This document shows positions 63,901 to 64,000 of a DNA stretch of 64,000 nt, one piece after another. The stretch's first letter is position 1. Every line of letters begins with the position of its first letter. Below the pieces are notes generated by a model. It was not told the DNA's origin, searched no databases, and saw only the letters and a program-made list of their open reading frames with translations. A program made the position numbers and the translations under genes. Source of the stretch: a virus (taxonomy: Duplodnaviria > Caudoviricetes); IMG/VR virus record IMGVR_UViG_3300032038_000034, positions 1-64,000 of that record; one strand, 5' to 3'.

Positions 63901-64000
63901 TAAATCAGCAATAGTTGATGATGCTGTCTTAGGGAACAAGCGTCCAATTTCTTCCCATATCTCTGGGTTTATTACTGTATATGTATTATCGCGTTCAAAC
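60943..64000 (-). CDS. C-terminal >1000 aa of a giant virion (cargo/ejection-type) protein, TAG-recoded
   Basis: Seven track fragments (63694, 62866, 62569, 62296, 61585, 61183, 60943) share one frame, separated only by TAG; ends TAA 60943. Confidence 0.85.

Overview
A 64-kb piece of a crAss-like Bacteroidetes phage genome (order Crassvirales; family-B polymerase plus amber recoding suggests a Suoliviridae/delta-like lineage, by inference). Layout: (i) a leftward late/structural block at 1-27307 (MCP, portal, TerL, tail proteins, a 2319-aa CotH-kinase/LRR protein, BspA-type LRR, dUTPase, HU-like, GroES-like), whose far end wraps round to 60943-64000 (C-terminus of a giant virion protein); (ii) a rightward late lysis block at 27471-30104 with an amidase endolysin; (iii) a rightward early/middle block at 30339-60894 (many small hypotheticals, ECF sigma factor, PolB, DnaB, AAA ATPases, SSB, primase, nucleases). 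Late genes are broken by in-frame TAG codons that read as Gln (genetic code 15), so the supplied ORF track fragments them, and a CUA-anticodon suppressor tRNA is encoded. In the early/middle block TAG is still used as a stop. The non-coding content is unusually rich. A loop motif RGARCY(N2-3)RAGYC sits in hairpins over the start codons of six replication genes and is arrayed in at least 4 copies in a candidate sponge RNA (39378-39714). There is also a circularly permuted two-piece tmRNA with tag GNINIADYTGLQEAA, a family of about 7 anticodon-less tRNA mimics, a ROOL-like RNA candidate, a 2.1-kb internally duplicated structured-RNA region, and divergent ECF-type late promoters. All calls were made by eye; no database searches or folding programs were run.
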